IMG/VR virus record: IMGVR_UViG_3300032285_004186
Strand: one strand, 5' to 3'
DNA from: a virus
DNA length: 64,000 bases
Shown: one piece after another, positions 8,052-16,897 of the stretch
Layout: the number at the start of each line of letters is the position of its first letter
Numbering within the stretch: the first letter of the stretch is position 1
The notes under the pieces: generated by a model
Told to the model about the DNA's origin: nothing
The model's database searches: none
The model's input: only the letters and a program-made list of their open reading frames with translations
Made by a program: the position numbers and the translations under genes

Positions 8052-9686
8052 ATGCCGTTCAACGACCATTTCTGGAAACAAGTATCTAAAAAAGCTGCAG
8101 AAAAAAAACTTAATAAAGATAAACCAAAAAAACCGGTTCTTTCTTTAGAGAAATTATATTCTATAGTTCAGGAAAATAATTATGCTTTATTTGCTCAGGA
8201 CATTACACCGGACAGTCAATCTCCTTCTTCTCCTTCCAGTAATGCAACACCTATAGGAGTTGTTTCTAAAGAATTTTTAAATAAAGTAAAAAAGGGAGTT
8301 AAATTACAAAGTTCTTCTATTAATGCTGGTTACGGTGAAGAAAGTTTTGATTTATTAACCGCAATTGTTAGGGAAAAGTGTAAAATATCAGCTGCGTATA
8401 CTAAACTTATGGTTACAGTTTTAACCAATGCAATAGAAAATTCAAATTATGAGCATGGTGTAGACCTATTAAAGTATGTGTGGGACAAATATATTTCCGG
8501 ACAATCTCTTATAAATGCTTTAAGACCAGGAAAATACAATGTGTTAAACGAGGTTACTTCCCAAATTCCATCAAATCTGCAATCCACAGATCTAGAAGAT
8601 TTTTTAAAAATAATATATCTTGATACCACTAAATTTGCCGCAACTAATGTTGGTATAGGAGAATTTTTTTATTCTATATTTTCTCAAGCCGTAGTAGGAG
8701 CAGATGATAATGCAAAAGATGTTACAAAATCTGGCGATCTAAAAGTTGGAGACGTTGATATAGAGGTTAAAGGAGGAGATGCTCGTTATGATGGTTCAGA
8801 TTTTATTTTTGACTCGGCAAAAACTATTACAAATTTATTACCACAATTTAAGGTTAAACAGAGTTTAAACATACAAAAAGAACGATTCAAAAAAGATTTG
8901 CTCAAGATTTTACAATCTTTAGCGTCTGTTAATTTTCAAACAAAAAAACAATTAACAGATTTTGTAAATTACACCAATGCTAAATTAGGTGAAAAATCTT
9001 TTTCCCACGGAGATACCAGCAGCAAGTTTATTACTTTGGTAAAAGATATTAACAATTTTATAGAGCTTAGTGAAAAAAATGGCAAAGAACCTACATTAGC
9101 CAGTAAATGCACATCAGACTATAAATTGCCGGTAGGTACAAGAGTTAAAACTTCTCTTTTTGAAGTAATAAAAAAGACATTAGATGTTTCCAATAATCCC
9201 GAAAAATTAGAAAAAATTCCTAAAGGCACTAATCCTCTTAATACTTTAGACAGTGCTTTTGATATTATTAGAAATTCCGAAATGGTTATTAGCACTCAAG
9301 ATTTGTTAACTATTGTATGCAGTACTAACAATTATAGTCCAGAAGTTTTAAACAAATTGGGCTATGACATAAAGGCAGATTTGGGTTCTATATTAGGAAA
9401 TGATCCACAACATATACTATCATTGTCATCTTCTTTTTGGAGAAAGATGATAGGAGCTATGCATGTTGTAAGTTATATGTATTTCCGCAGAGCAAAGAAA
9501 GAAGATCAATTATTGTTAGTGGGTAAAAATAAAGGAAACGTGTTGTTGATTCCAGTGCCACTAAATTTAGAAGCAGGAATGTCTCTTACCAACACTCCAA
9601 ATGTTCAGGTTGAATTAAATTTAGATAATCCAGACACTGGAAAAATGGTCAGGTCTCGTTCTGTTCAAGTTTTTCTATATGATTAA
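8052..9686 (+). CDS. Hypothetical protein with a PD-(D/E)XK nuclease-like motif
   Basis: GIGEFFYSIF...SGDLKVGDVDIEVKG; TATAAATA at 8038-8045. Confidence 0.55.
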   Translation: MPFNDHFWKQVSKKAAEKKLNKDKPKKPVLSLEKLYSIVQENNYALFAQDITPDSQSPSSPSSNATPIGVVSKEFLNKVKKGVKLQSSSINAGYGEESFDLLTAIVREKCKISAAYTKLMVTVLTNAIENSNYEHGVDLLKYVWDKYISGQSLINALRPGKYNVLNEVTSQIPSNLQSTDLEDFLKIIYLDTTKFAATNVGIGEFFYSIFSQAVVGADDNAKDVTKSGDLKVGDVDIEVKGGDARYDGSDFIFDSAKTITNLLPQFKVKQSLNIQKERFKKDLLKILQSLASVNFQTKKQLTDFVNYTNAKLGEKSFSHGDTSSKFITLVKDINNFIELSEKNGKEPTLASKCTSDYKLPVGTRVKTSLFEVIKKTLDVSNNPEKLEKIPKGTNPLNTLDSAFDIIRNSEMVISTQDLLTIVCSTNNYSPEVLNKLGYDIKADLGSILGNDPQHILSLSSSFWRKMIGAMHVVSYMYFRRAKKEDQLLLVGKNKGNVLLIPVPLNLEAGMSLTNTPNVQVELNLDNPDTGKMVRSRSVQVFLYD

Positions 9687-9688
9687 GG

Positions 9689-9717
9689 TTGATCAAAATT
9701 TAATTTTGAATTAAAAT
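9689..9717 (+). promoter_or_regulatory. Sigma70-like promoter
   Basis: TTGATC-17 nt-TAAAAT, 5 nt before ATG 9723. Confidence 0.65.
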
Positions 9718-9722
9718 GTGTC

Positions 9723-10244
9723 ATGGCTTATATTGCAATGACTAATTATCAGGGTCAGGTTTTTAAAGACATGACCATCTCAGCGCCTCCAGGAGCTCTT
9801 GTATTTGATCATGAAACCCAAGCAAGCATTTTTCTTAAAGAAAAAACAATCTTCCGAACTACCGGCAATAATCGCTTGGGCATTGGGAGGTATCGTATTA
9901 ACATGTTTAATATTGTTACAGGACAAAAAGTCTACTGTAACAACTACATGATGGATGATAATGAAAAGCTTGGTCATGCAGTCTGGACCTTGGAGGAAGA
10001 ACCATATACCCCGGAAATGATTTATGAAAAATATGGTTGGAAAGTGGGTCCGGATCATCGCCGAATAAAGAAATACAAATTAACTGGCCGCAAGCGAACC
10101 CAGAAGTTTGCTAAAGAACTGCGAGATCTCGGAAGACATAAAGATGCTGTTCGTATTGTTAAAGAGATGGAAGCTGTGGTTGCTTCAGGTAAACGTTATA
10201 TTATTCATCGAAAAGATCTTGATCTTCCCCCAATTTCTGAATAG
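9723..10244 (+). CDS. Hypothetical protein (probably early)
   Basis: 173-aa ORF directly behind a sigma70-like promoter. Confidence 0.7.
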   Translation: MAYIAMTNYQGQVFKDMTISAPPGALVFDHETQASIFLKEKTIFRTTGNNRLGIGRYRINMFNIVTGQKVYCNNYMMDDNEKLGHAVWTLEEEPYTPEMIYEKYGWKVGPDHRRIKKYKLTGRKRTQKFAKELRDLGRHKDAVRIVKEMEAVVASGKRYIIHRKDLDLPPISE

Positions 10245-10255
10245 TATATTTCTAT

Positions 10256-10513
10256 ATGAATTGCTTATCTTGTGAATCTGTAATTGAATGGGAACGTCTA
10301 GAAGCTCTTCCTGATACTCTGGTATGTAGTTGCTGTGCTCGTAAAGGAGTCGGGCAAAAATCTAAACCAAGAGGAGTAATGGTCTATACAGAAAAAACAA
10401 ATGGATTTATAGAAATACATACAAGTGATTCTTGGGAAAGAAATAAAAAATACTATATAGCACATGGTGCTCGTAGTGCTGTTAAAAATTTTTCTAAGAA
10501 TGTTTGTGCTTAA
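10256..10513 (+). CDS. DksA/TraR-type C4 zinc-finger protein
   Basis: CLSCESVIEWERLEALPDTLVCSCC matches the CxxC-x3-I-x3-RLxA-x-P-x4-CxxC signature. Confidence 0.75.
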   Translation: MNCLSCESVIEWERLEALPDTLVCSCCARKGVGQKSKPRGVMVYTEKTNGFIEIHTSDSWERNKKYYIAHGARSAVKNFSKNVCA

Positions 10514-10637
10514 TTATATTAAATATTTTAAGCCACTTTCTCACTAAATTTTTAGTCACTTTATAGTGTTCTTGCAACCTTTTTAAACTTAAATTTTTAT
10601 TTAAATATAAATTTTCCAATTCTTCTCTCGGCGGCAT
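10494..10637 (-). CDS. Small HTH-like ORF (47 aa), possible homing-endonuclease remnant; not in the ORF track
   Basis: MPPREELENLYLNKNLSLKRLQEHYKVTKNLVRKWLKIFNIIKHKHS. Confidence 0.45.
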   Translation of the reverse strand: MPPREELENLYLNKNLSLKRLQEHYKVTKNLVRKWLKIFNIIKHKHS

Positions 10638-10723
10638 TTGTTTTGTTTTACCAATAACTTGACCTTCTCGACATTCTAACCTAAATTAAGTTAGAATGCC
10701 GGATTGGGTTAGAGTCCTTTTCG

Positions 10724-10731
10724 TATAAATA
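10724..10731 (+). promoter_or_regulatory. T4-type late promoter TATAAATA for the lysis cassette
   Basis: Exact T4 late consensus, 5 nt before ATG 10737. Confidence 0.7.
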
Positions 10732-10736
10732 GATAT

Positions 10737-11309
10737 ATGAAGAGGATTTTTTTATTATTCTTTTTTCTTTTGTTGTCTTGTGCTCCAACAAGATATATAC
10801 CAAAGGATTCTGAACCATTGTCTCAAGCTGTATATGCCACTAGCGAGTCTATCGAAAAGGGTAGAATAGATTTAGCAGATCAATATGCAAAAAATGCTAA
10901 ATTATTAGTAGATCCGCCCAAAAATCCATTTACAGTTAAAGCTATAATTTCTAAAGCAAAGGATAAAGATGTTGGAAAAGCTGTAGTGGTTGTTCCTTCT
11001 TATCTCACCGGAATGGATGTTATAGTAGTCGGTTCAGAACAATATAAAAAACTTTTAGAAATAAAAGAAAATAATGCCCAGTTACAAATTGAATATAAAA
11101 ATTTACAAAAAGAAAAAGAAGAAGTTTACAAAGCCTTGAGAGATCAAAACGAAGCAAAATCTCAATTGTTAAGAGATTATGACAAAGTGGTATTAGACCT
11201 TAAAGATAAACAACTTGCTTTGTTAAAACGTAATGTAATTATAGGTGTAATGGGCCTGACTATAGGTCTTTATGTATTTTTAAAAGTAAAAAAAATAATA
11301 CCTTTTTAA
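10737..11309 (+). CDS. Putative unimolecular spanin (N-terminal lipoprotein signal, coiled coil, C-terminal TM helix)
   Basis: MKRIFLLFFFLLLSC lipobox; heptad-rich middle; VIIGVMGLTIGLYVFL followed by KVKK; lies upstream of the holin and endolysin. Confidence 0.65.
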   Translation: MKRIFLLFFFLLLSCAPTRYIPKDSEPLSQAVYATSESIEKGRIDLADQYAKNAKLLVDPPKNPFTVKAIISKAKDKDVGKAVVVVPSYLTGMDVIVVGSEQYKKLLEIKENNAQLQIEYKNLQKEKEEVYKALRDQNEAKSQLLRDYDKVVLDLKDKQLALLKRNVIIGVMGLTIGLYVFLKVKKIIPF

Positions 11310-11311
11310 TT

Positions 11312-11434
11312 ATGAATTATATTATAGATAAAATTATAAGTATATTGGATTATATAATAACCATAGATGAGAGACATCCTCGTTTAATATATTTTATATT
11401 AGGATTTTTAATAGCATATTTTGCATCAAAATAA
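11312..11434 (+). CDS. Small membrane peptide (40 aa) in the lysis cassette; not in the ORF track
   Basis: MNYIIDKIISILDYIITIDERHPRLIYFILGFLIAYFASK fills the gap between the spanin-like and holin-like genes. Confidence 0.6.
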   Translation: MNYIIDKIISILDYIITIDERHPRLIYFILGFLIAYFASK

Positions 11435-11435
11435 A

Positions 11436-11801
11436 ATGGAAAAAAGACATATTCATTCCAAAGAAGGATTTCTAAAAGGCAACCGCCAGCGCTGGTTAGT
11501 TATATTTTTAATATGCATGTTTCTAATTTTAGGATTAGATGCAACGGGTAAAGTTGAAAAAGTGGATAGTTATTTAACATTTTTGACCTTTTTAAGCGGT
11601 TCTTTTATTTTAGGATATTCTGGAACTGAAACAATGAAATTGTTTTCTGTATCTTCATCGACTCAGAATGTTAATAATGTTAGTTCTAGTGTCAATACTA
11701 ACAATAATAATAGTGTAAGTGAAAGTAATAATACAAATACCAATATTAATATTAATGAAACATTAACACATAATGCTAAGGAAGATGATTATAAGGTATG
11801 A
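11436..11801 (+). CDS. Putative holin (2 TM helices, Asn/Ser-rich tail)
   Basis: TM segments WLVIFLICMFLILGL and YLTFLTFLSGSFILGYSG; overlaps the endolysin start. ATG 11436 is preferred over TTG 11421. Confidence 0.55.
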   Translation: MEKRHIHSKEGFLKGNRQRWLVIFLICMFLILGLDATGKVEKVDSYLTFLTFLSGSFILGYSGTETMKLFSVSSSTQNVNNVSSSVNTNNNNSVSESNNTNTNININETLTHNAKEDDYKV

Positions 11802-12409
11802 AACAACCATCAGAAAATGCTTTAAAACTTTTATTTGAATATGAAGTTGGAGGGGGTCAAGCTTATTATGAAAAAAAACTTTCCAAATTTACTTGGCCGG
11901 GCGGAGCCAGTGGACCTACTATAGGGATTGGAATAGATACAGCATATTACAATGCTCAAGAGATAGCTGAAATATTTAAATTTTTACCAGAGGATCAAAT
12001 ACACTTAATTCAAGGAGCTTCAGGTCGTACCGGACAAAGGGGAAAGGAATATGCAGCTAAATTAAGAGAAGCTGGAATAGTAGTTACTTGGAGTCATGCT
12101 GTTGAAATTTTTGATGAATTAACTTGGACAAAATTTTCAAAAGCAGCTGAAAGGGCTTTTCCGGGTCTTGCAGAATTGTGTGAAGATGCTTATGGAGCTA
12201 TTGTGTCATTGGTTTTTAATAGAGGAACTTCTATGTCCGGTGATTCAAGAAGAGAGATGAGAAATATAAGAGCTCTGGTAGGAGATCAAGAATATAAAAA
12301 GATAGCTAATGAATTTAGATCCATGAAAAGGATATGGGAAGGTAAAGGGTTGGATGGTTTGTTAAAAAGAAGAGACGCAGAGGCAGATTTAGTAGAAAGT
12401 TGTGCTTAA
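11798..12409 (+). CDS. Endolysin, lysozyme-like (GH24/pesticin-related)
   Basis: LLFEYEVGG...WPGGASGPTIGIGID, AIVSLVFNRG, GLLKRRDAEADL. Confidence 0.85.
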   Translation: MKQPSENALKLLFEYEVGGGQAYYEKKLSKFTWPGGASGPTIGIGIDTAYYNAQEIAEIFKFLPEDQIHLIQGASGRTGQRGKEYAAKLREAGIVVTWSHAVEIFDELTWTKFSKAAERAFPGLAELCEDAYGAIVSLVFNRGTSMSGDSRREMRNIRALVGDQEYKKIANEFRSMKRIWEGKGLDGLLKRRDAEADLVESCA

Positions 12410-12619
12410 ATGTTTGCCGGTGTGCACAGAGAAAGAGATCCCAATTTAATAAAATTGGAACAGAACGTTTTTAATCAATTGAAAGAAATTGGATTGGAGA
12501 ATGATAAGGCGGTGGGTTATATAGAAACCAAAAAAATATCCACGAGTTCTTTACCATCAGCTTTATCTTTTGAGGACTCTATTAAAGAGTTGCTAGAAAT
12601 GCAAAAGAATTTAAAATAA
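12410..12619 (+). CDS. Hypothetical protein
   Basis: 69-aa ORF abutting the endolysin stop. Confidence 0.55.
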   Translation: MFAGVHRERDPNLIKLEQNVFNQLKEIGLENDKAVGYIETKKISTSSLPSALSFEDSIKELLEMQKNLK

Positions 12620-12622
12620 GAC

Positions 12623-12937
12623 ATGGATGAAGTCTTTATCATCAATGAATCTTTAAAGGATCAATTGGTTCAAAATTTTGGTATCACTTATGCAAAAACC
12701 ATTTTTCATAAAAACGGAAGTGTATATTTAAGTGATCCTTTTTATGAAACAGAAGCAAGATGGCCAGATTATCAAGCTTTTAAAAATTTAAAATGGGAAG
12801 AAGCAGAAGACTTGGGTGAAGTTTTATATAAAACCAAAAATGAAATAGAAAAAGCTGGTGGACAAATGACTCAACCCATATTTGAAATTTTAAATAATAA
12901 ACCACAACTTGTGTGGGCTGTGTTTTTAAAGAGTTGA
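12623..12937 (+). CDS. Hypothetical protein
   Basis: 104-aa ORF, tight packing. Confidence 0.6.
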   Translation: MDEVFIINESLKDQLVQNFGITYAKTIFHKNGSVYLSDPFYETEARWPDYQAFKNLKWEEAEDLGEVLYKTKNEIEKAGGQMTQPIFEILNNKPQLVWAVFLKS

Positions 12938-15568
12938 TTTGAAAAAGTCTTTAAAGTTTTCATTTAAAGGCAAGCCAAGTCCTTCTCTAGTTGCCTGATA
13001 TAAAGTTTTGCCATTAACTGTTATATCATTAGAAACACCTGTGGCTTGTTGAAATCCTGTCTCGTTTTTTTCTTCTGCAAATTTACGAGCCAAGGAACCA
13101 GAAATGCCTTCAACGGCAGATACACCTGCATCTGCATTTCTAGCACCACTACTTTCAAAACTTAATGCTACAATTTCTCTACCATCAGCTTTGCGTATAT
13201 CTGCTCTATTCCAATTTGTGAGAAGAGTCTTCATATTTTCTTCTTCTTTACCACTCAAGCGATCATCACCAGCAACAAATACTATATTTCTAAATTTCTC
13301 ATTATACAAATATTTTGCAGCAGCCAGTACTGATGACATAGGTTGAGGCACTATATAAGAAGCAAATTGTGGGTATATTTTTTTAATAAACTCCCGTTTG
13401 GTGTCTATATCTAATGGATCAGTTTTTTTATTTTGAGAAGTGGAAAGAAATATGAAAGTGTTGCGGCCACCTATTTCCACTGCCTTTTGCATCAATAATC
13501 CATGACCAATAGTGGGAGGATTCATACGCCCAAAACAAAAAGCTGCTACTGGTAATGTTCTTTTATGTTTTACAGATTCCAAATCTTGAGGAGTATCTTT
13601 TCTTTTTTCAAAGTTAGCTTTACTAAAAACCAATCGATCTATTAATTTAAGTTTATCTTTACCACTGCCAAAAACATACCCCTCATGAGAATCTACTTCT
13701 CCGATGAGAGCTTGAATAGGTAACCCGGTTTGTTGCAGATCAATTTGCCTTTTAATATTAAGTTTAAGTTCTGTTAAGCTAGCCCAAATTGCCCATATAC
13801 CATACAAACCAGCAGCACCGTCTGTGTAAAGCCATCCATTTTTATTATCACCTAAAAGTTTTAACGTAGCTTTAGGACTTAATTTCCTTTCCAAATATTG
13901 TAAAAATCTAGGAATGATGTCTGTTGCAATATTATTTTGTTCTAACATTGCAGTGATAAATGTGGTCATATTACCCAACAAACCTTTAGCTTTAATTACT
14001 TCAAGTTCTTTTAAAAACTTTTCAACTTCTTCTTTATTGTCATTTATAGTTTTTTTGACATCTGCAACTAAACTTGTGGGTAGTGTTACTTTAGGTTCTT
14101 CTAATAATTCACCAGTTAAAAATGCTACACCTTCATTTTGTTTTAAACCTCGCAAACCTTTTAGAGGCACATCATCTCCACCAAAACTTGAAATAAAAGT
14201 ATGCACTGCGATACCACCAACACTGCGAGAAATGTCTCTACCAGTATCAGAATCTATTTTAACTTTGTATTTTACAAGATTTGGTTCAAATACATAATAA
14301 TCTTTATCTGTATCTGGTACACCAGACCACATAAGATCTCCGAAGAAAAATTGATCTGCAACGTGTGGTGTGGCTCTTTTAAGAACCGGTACTAATAACG
14401 CTTCTGCTCTCCACAAACTTTCTCTAACAGTATTTCTAGATTCGTCATAATTCTTGATAGTGGTAAAATTTAATTTACCATTAATCATTTTATCATACAT
14501 GTGTTTATCTACGAATAGAAATTTTCCATTTGGATTTTGTTTAGAGGGTAGTTCTAACCAACCAAAAATTAAAGCCGGAAAACCATCCCATTTTAAAGAA
14601 ATTGTTTTACCATTTTTTGCCAAAGAGGTTATTTCTTTAAAGGCTTTCATAGCACCCTCTATACCACCAGTAAAAATACTATCTTCCAAATGTTCTATGC
14701 CTTCTTCTATTATGGCGCTTTCGTTTTGAGTGTAAAATTGTTTGATGGCGTTCCATTTTTCTGGTTGATCTATTAATTTATTCTTAATACCACTGAGACT
14801 GGCCAAGTCTCTTCCGGTGGCTGTTGGGCCTAATAATCTTTTTGCCATCTCATCTTTATTATTAGTAATCACTTCACCGGTGTCTCGATTTACCAATCCA
14901 CGATCTGGACTATACTGTAAGTTTCCTTTTCCGGTTTTGGGGTCTACGGTATCACTTGCCAATATTGTTATTGCCGGGTAAATGTTGTTCCATAGATCCC
15001 CTCCTGTCATGCCCGGATCTTTTGAAAAGTCATGGGTGTGTAAAGGCCAAGCCTGGCGCGGCCTTATAATCAAATCAACAGAATGATTTTTTCCGTTAGC
15101 TGAATAATTTACCGTTAAAGCACTAGAACCAAAAGTTGTATGGTAACCATTATCGGTCATATATTTTGCTAGTTCCCATCTGCTAGCCGCTAATTGTTCT
15201 TTTTGTTTTTTGATCGGATCAGCTAAAATGGTTGCCAGTGCTTTTGGCCCTGTTGGAGTTTTTACCGTTGGGTTATGCTCATCTGTATATTCTTTAATAT
15301 CTTTAGGAAACGCCTTTACTAATTCAGTCGGATCTATTAAAATGTCAATGTCCCCAGAATCTTTTCTACCACCTCCTCCATAAAGATGATCTGGGTCAAA
15401 ACTACCAGCACCCCCAGCACCCCAGTATGAATCCAGTTCTGCTTTTTGAAGAATTGGTTGCAGTTTAGATTTAGCTGTTAAAAAATCTTGTTCATTGACT
15501 CGAGAAATTTCGACTCCTTGTTTTGCCAAAACTTTGGCTGCTTCTGAGAAAAACTCTTTGAAATTCAT
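12926..15568 (-). CDS. Three-domain protein: Pol-beta-type nucleotidyltransferase + ATP-grasp/RNA-ligase-like (DUF6267-like) domain + HIGH-family cytidylyl/adenylyltransferase
   Basis: GAGS...KDSGDIDILID; ISLKWDGFPALIFG, GDLMW, HEGYV, KLIDR; FGRMNPPTIGH, VAGDDR, ISGSLARKFA. Confidence 0.75.
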   Translation of the reverse strand: MNFKEFFSEAAKVLAKQGVEISRVNEQDFLTAKSKLQPILQKAELDSYWGAGGAGSFDPDHLYGGGGRKDSGDIDILIDPTELVKAFPKDIKEYTDEHNPTVKTPTGPKALATILADPIKKQKEQLAASRWELAKYMTDNGYHTTFGSSALTVNYSANGKNHSVDLIIRPRQAWPLHTHDFSKDPGMTGGDLWNNIYPAITILASDTVDPKTGKGNLQYSPDRGLVNRDTGEVITNNKDEMAKRLLGPTATGRDLASLSGIKNKLIDQPEKWNAIKQFYTQNESAIIEEGIEHLEDSIFTGGIEGAMKAFKEITSLAKNGKTISLKWDGFPALIFGWLELPSKQNPNGKFLFVDKHMYDKMINGKLNFTTIKNYDESRNTVRESLWRAEALLVPVLKRATPHVADQFFFGDLMWSGVPDTDKDYYVFEPNLVKYKVKIDSDTGRDISRSVGGIAVHTFISSFGGDDVPLKGLRGLKQNEGVAFLTGELLEEPKVTLPTSLVADVKKTINDNKEEVEKFLKELEVIKAKGLLGNMTTFITAMLEQNNIATDIIPRFLQYLERKLSPKATLKLLGDNKNGWLYTDGAAGLYGIWAIWASLTELKLNIKRQIDLQQTGLPIQALIGEVDSHEGYVFGSGKDKLKLIDRLVFSKANFEKRKDTPQDLESVKHKRTLPVAAFCFGRMNPPTIGHGLLMQKAVEIGGRNTFIFLSTSQNKKTDPLDIDTKREFIKKIYPQFASYIVPQPMSSVLAAAKYLYNEKFRNIVFVAGDDRLSGKEEENMKTLLTNWNRADIRKADGREIVALSFESSGARNADAGVSAVEGISGSLARKFAEEKNETGFQQATGVSNDITVNGKTLYQATREGLGLPLNENFKDFFKSTL

Positions 15569-15616
15569 ATTAAATATATTCTATTTAGTCTGCTATAGAT
15601 AAAGATAAATAACTAT

Positions 15617-15799
15617 ATGCCATATAATATTGTTAAAAAAGGAACTGGGTATAAAGTATGTAAACCATCTGGAAAATGTTTTAGTAAAAAGAAATTATCC
15701 AAGAAAATGGCTCAAAAACAACGAGCAGCTATTGCCATTCATTCACATGAGTCAGTTAATTACTTTGAACAGCTTATAGAATCTATTTTAAATGAATAA
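15617..15799 (+). CDS. Small basic protein
   Basis: MPYNIVKKGTGYKVCK...AQKQRAAI; TAAATA at 15606-15611. Confidence 0.7.
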   Translation: MPYNIVKKGTGYKVCKPSGKCFSKKKLSKKMAQKQRAAIAIHSHESVNYFEQLIESILNE

Positions 15800-15968
15800 A
15801 AATCTACCATATAGAAATGGTATAGTAAAAACAAAAACACATCCAGAATTGAAATTTGGACAAGTGGTAATAATTGTGGAGGTTACTCCGGATTTGTACA
15901 AAGTTAAAATACACGCCAAAGGCCCTATGATGATTATAGGTATAGAAGATTTAATGGTTACACAATAA
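15792..15968 (+). CDS. Small hypothetical beta-rich (SH3-like?) protein, 58 aa; not in the ORF track
   Basis: MNKNLPYRNGIVKTKTHPELKFGQVVIIVEVTPDLYKVKIHAKGPMMIIGIEDLMVTQ; overlaps the previous stop. Confidence 0.6.
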   Translation: MNKNLPYRNGIVKTKTHPELKFGQVVIIVEVTPDLYKVKIHAKGPMMIIGIEDLMVTQ

Positions 15969-15973
15969 AATAG

Positions 15974-16001
15974 TTGAACACAAGTCAATAAAAATTATAA
16001 T
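15974..16001 (+). promoter_or_regulatory. Sigma70-like promoter of hpt
   Basis: TTGAAC-16 nt-TATAAT, 5 nt before ATG 16007. Confidence 0.6.
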
Positions 16002-16006
16002 AAGAT

Positions 16007-16525
16007 ATGGATAAAAATATTTCCAGTCTTATTTCACAAACGGATATTCATAAAGTCGTCAAGGGTTTGGGTACTACTATTTCTTATGACTATCGAAATA
16101 AAGATTTAAATATAGTTTGCCTTTTAGAGGGCAGTTTGGTTTTTACCGCTAATCTTCTTTTACAAATTAAAATTCCAGTTAATTTATATTCTATCAAAGT
16201 AACTAGTTACGAGGGCAAAACTAGTACTGGTAAATTGACTTATAATGTTAAAGATTTAGATTTTTGTAAAGATAAAGATATTTTACTAATAGATGACATT
16301 CTTGATTCTGGTTTGACTTTATCTACAGTAGTATCAGAAATAAAACAAGCAGGGGCTAATTCAGTGAGAACGTGTGTATTATTGAATAAGCAAGTAGAAA
16401 GAGCAGTGAATATTGTACCAGATTATAAAGCTTTTGATATTGATAATGAATTTGTAATTGGTTTTGGTATGGATTTTAATGGATTATATCGCAATTTGCC
16501 TTATATCGGTATCTTAAAAGGATAA
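16007..16525 (+). CDS. hpt: Hypoxanthine-guanine phosphoribosyltransferase
   Basis: VCLLEGSLVF, VTSYEG, PRPP motif ILLIDDILDSGLTL, EFVIGFGMDFNGLYRNLPYI. Confidence 0.92.
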   Translation: MDKNISSLISQTDIHKVVKGLGTTISYDYRNKDLNIVCLLEGSLVFTANLLLQIKIPVNLYSIKVTSYEGKTSTGKLTYNVKDLDFCKDKDILLIDDILDSGLTLSTVVSEIKQAGANSVRTCVLLNKQVERAVNIVPDYKAFDIDNEFVIGFGMDFNGLYRNLPYIGILKG

Positions 16526-16533
16526 ATAAAATT

Positions 16534-16857
16534 ATGAACTTTGATTGTTTAGCCAAACAAATTATAGAAGAAAATTCTAATTCTTTAATTAGCAATTTTG
16601 ATTATAGCTGCCGGGTCATGGGTCCAGAAGATGCTGTTCAAGATTTTTTAGCCAGTAAAGATTCTTATAATTCTTTTATTAAAGATGAAGCAGAAACACA
16701 TGTTAAAAATAAAGTTGGAGAAGAAATGTATAATAAAGCCATAGAAATAAGACAAAAACGTTTGGCTTCACCAGTTTTTAATAACAATAATACTATGCCA
16801 GAAATTCCTCGTCGCGGATCAGACGCAGCTGTACAACGACAAGGTTGGCGAAATTAG
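16534..16857 (+). CDS. Hypothetical protein, putative head-internal protein
   Basis: N-terminal MNFDCLAKQIIEEN; TAAATA upstream. Confidence 0.6.
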   Translation: MNFDCLAKQIIEENSNSLISNFDYSCRVMGPEDAVQDFLASKDSYNSFIKDEAETHVKNKVGEEMYNKAIEIRQKRLASPVFNNNNTMPEIPRRGSDAAVQRQGWRN

Positions 16858-16897
16858 GTTTGATTATTTTATGTAGTCATATATTATTTAACATCAT

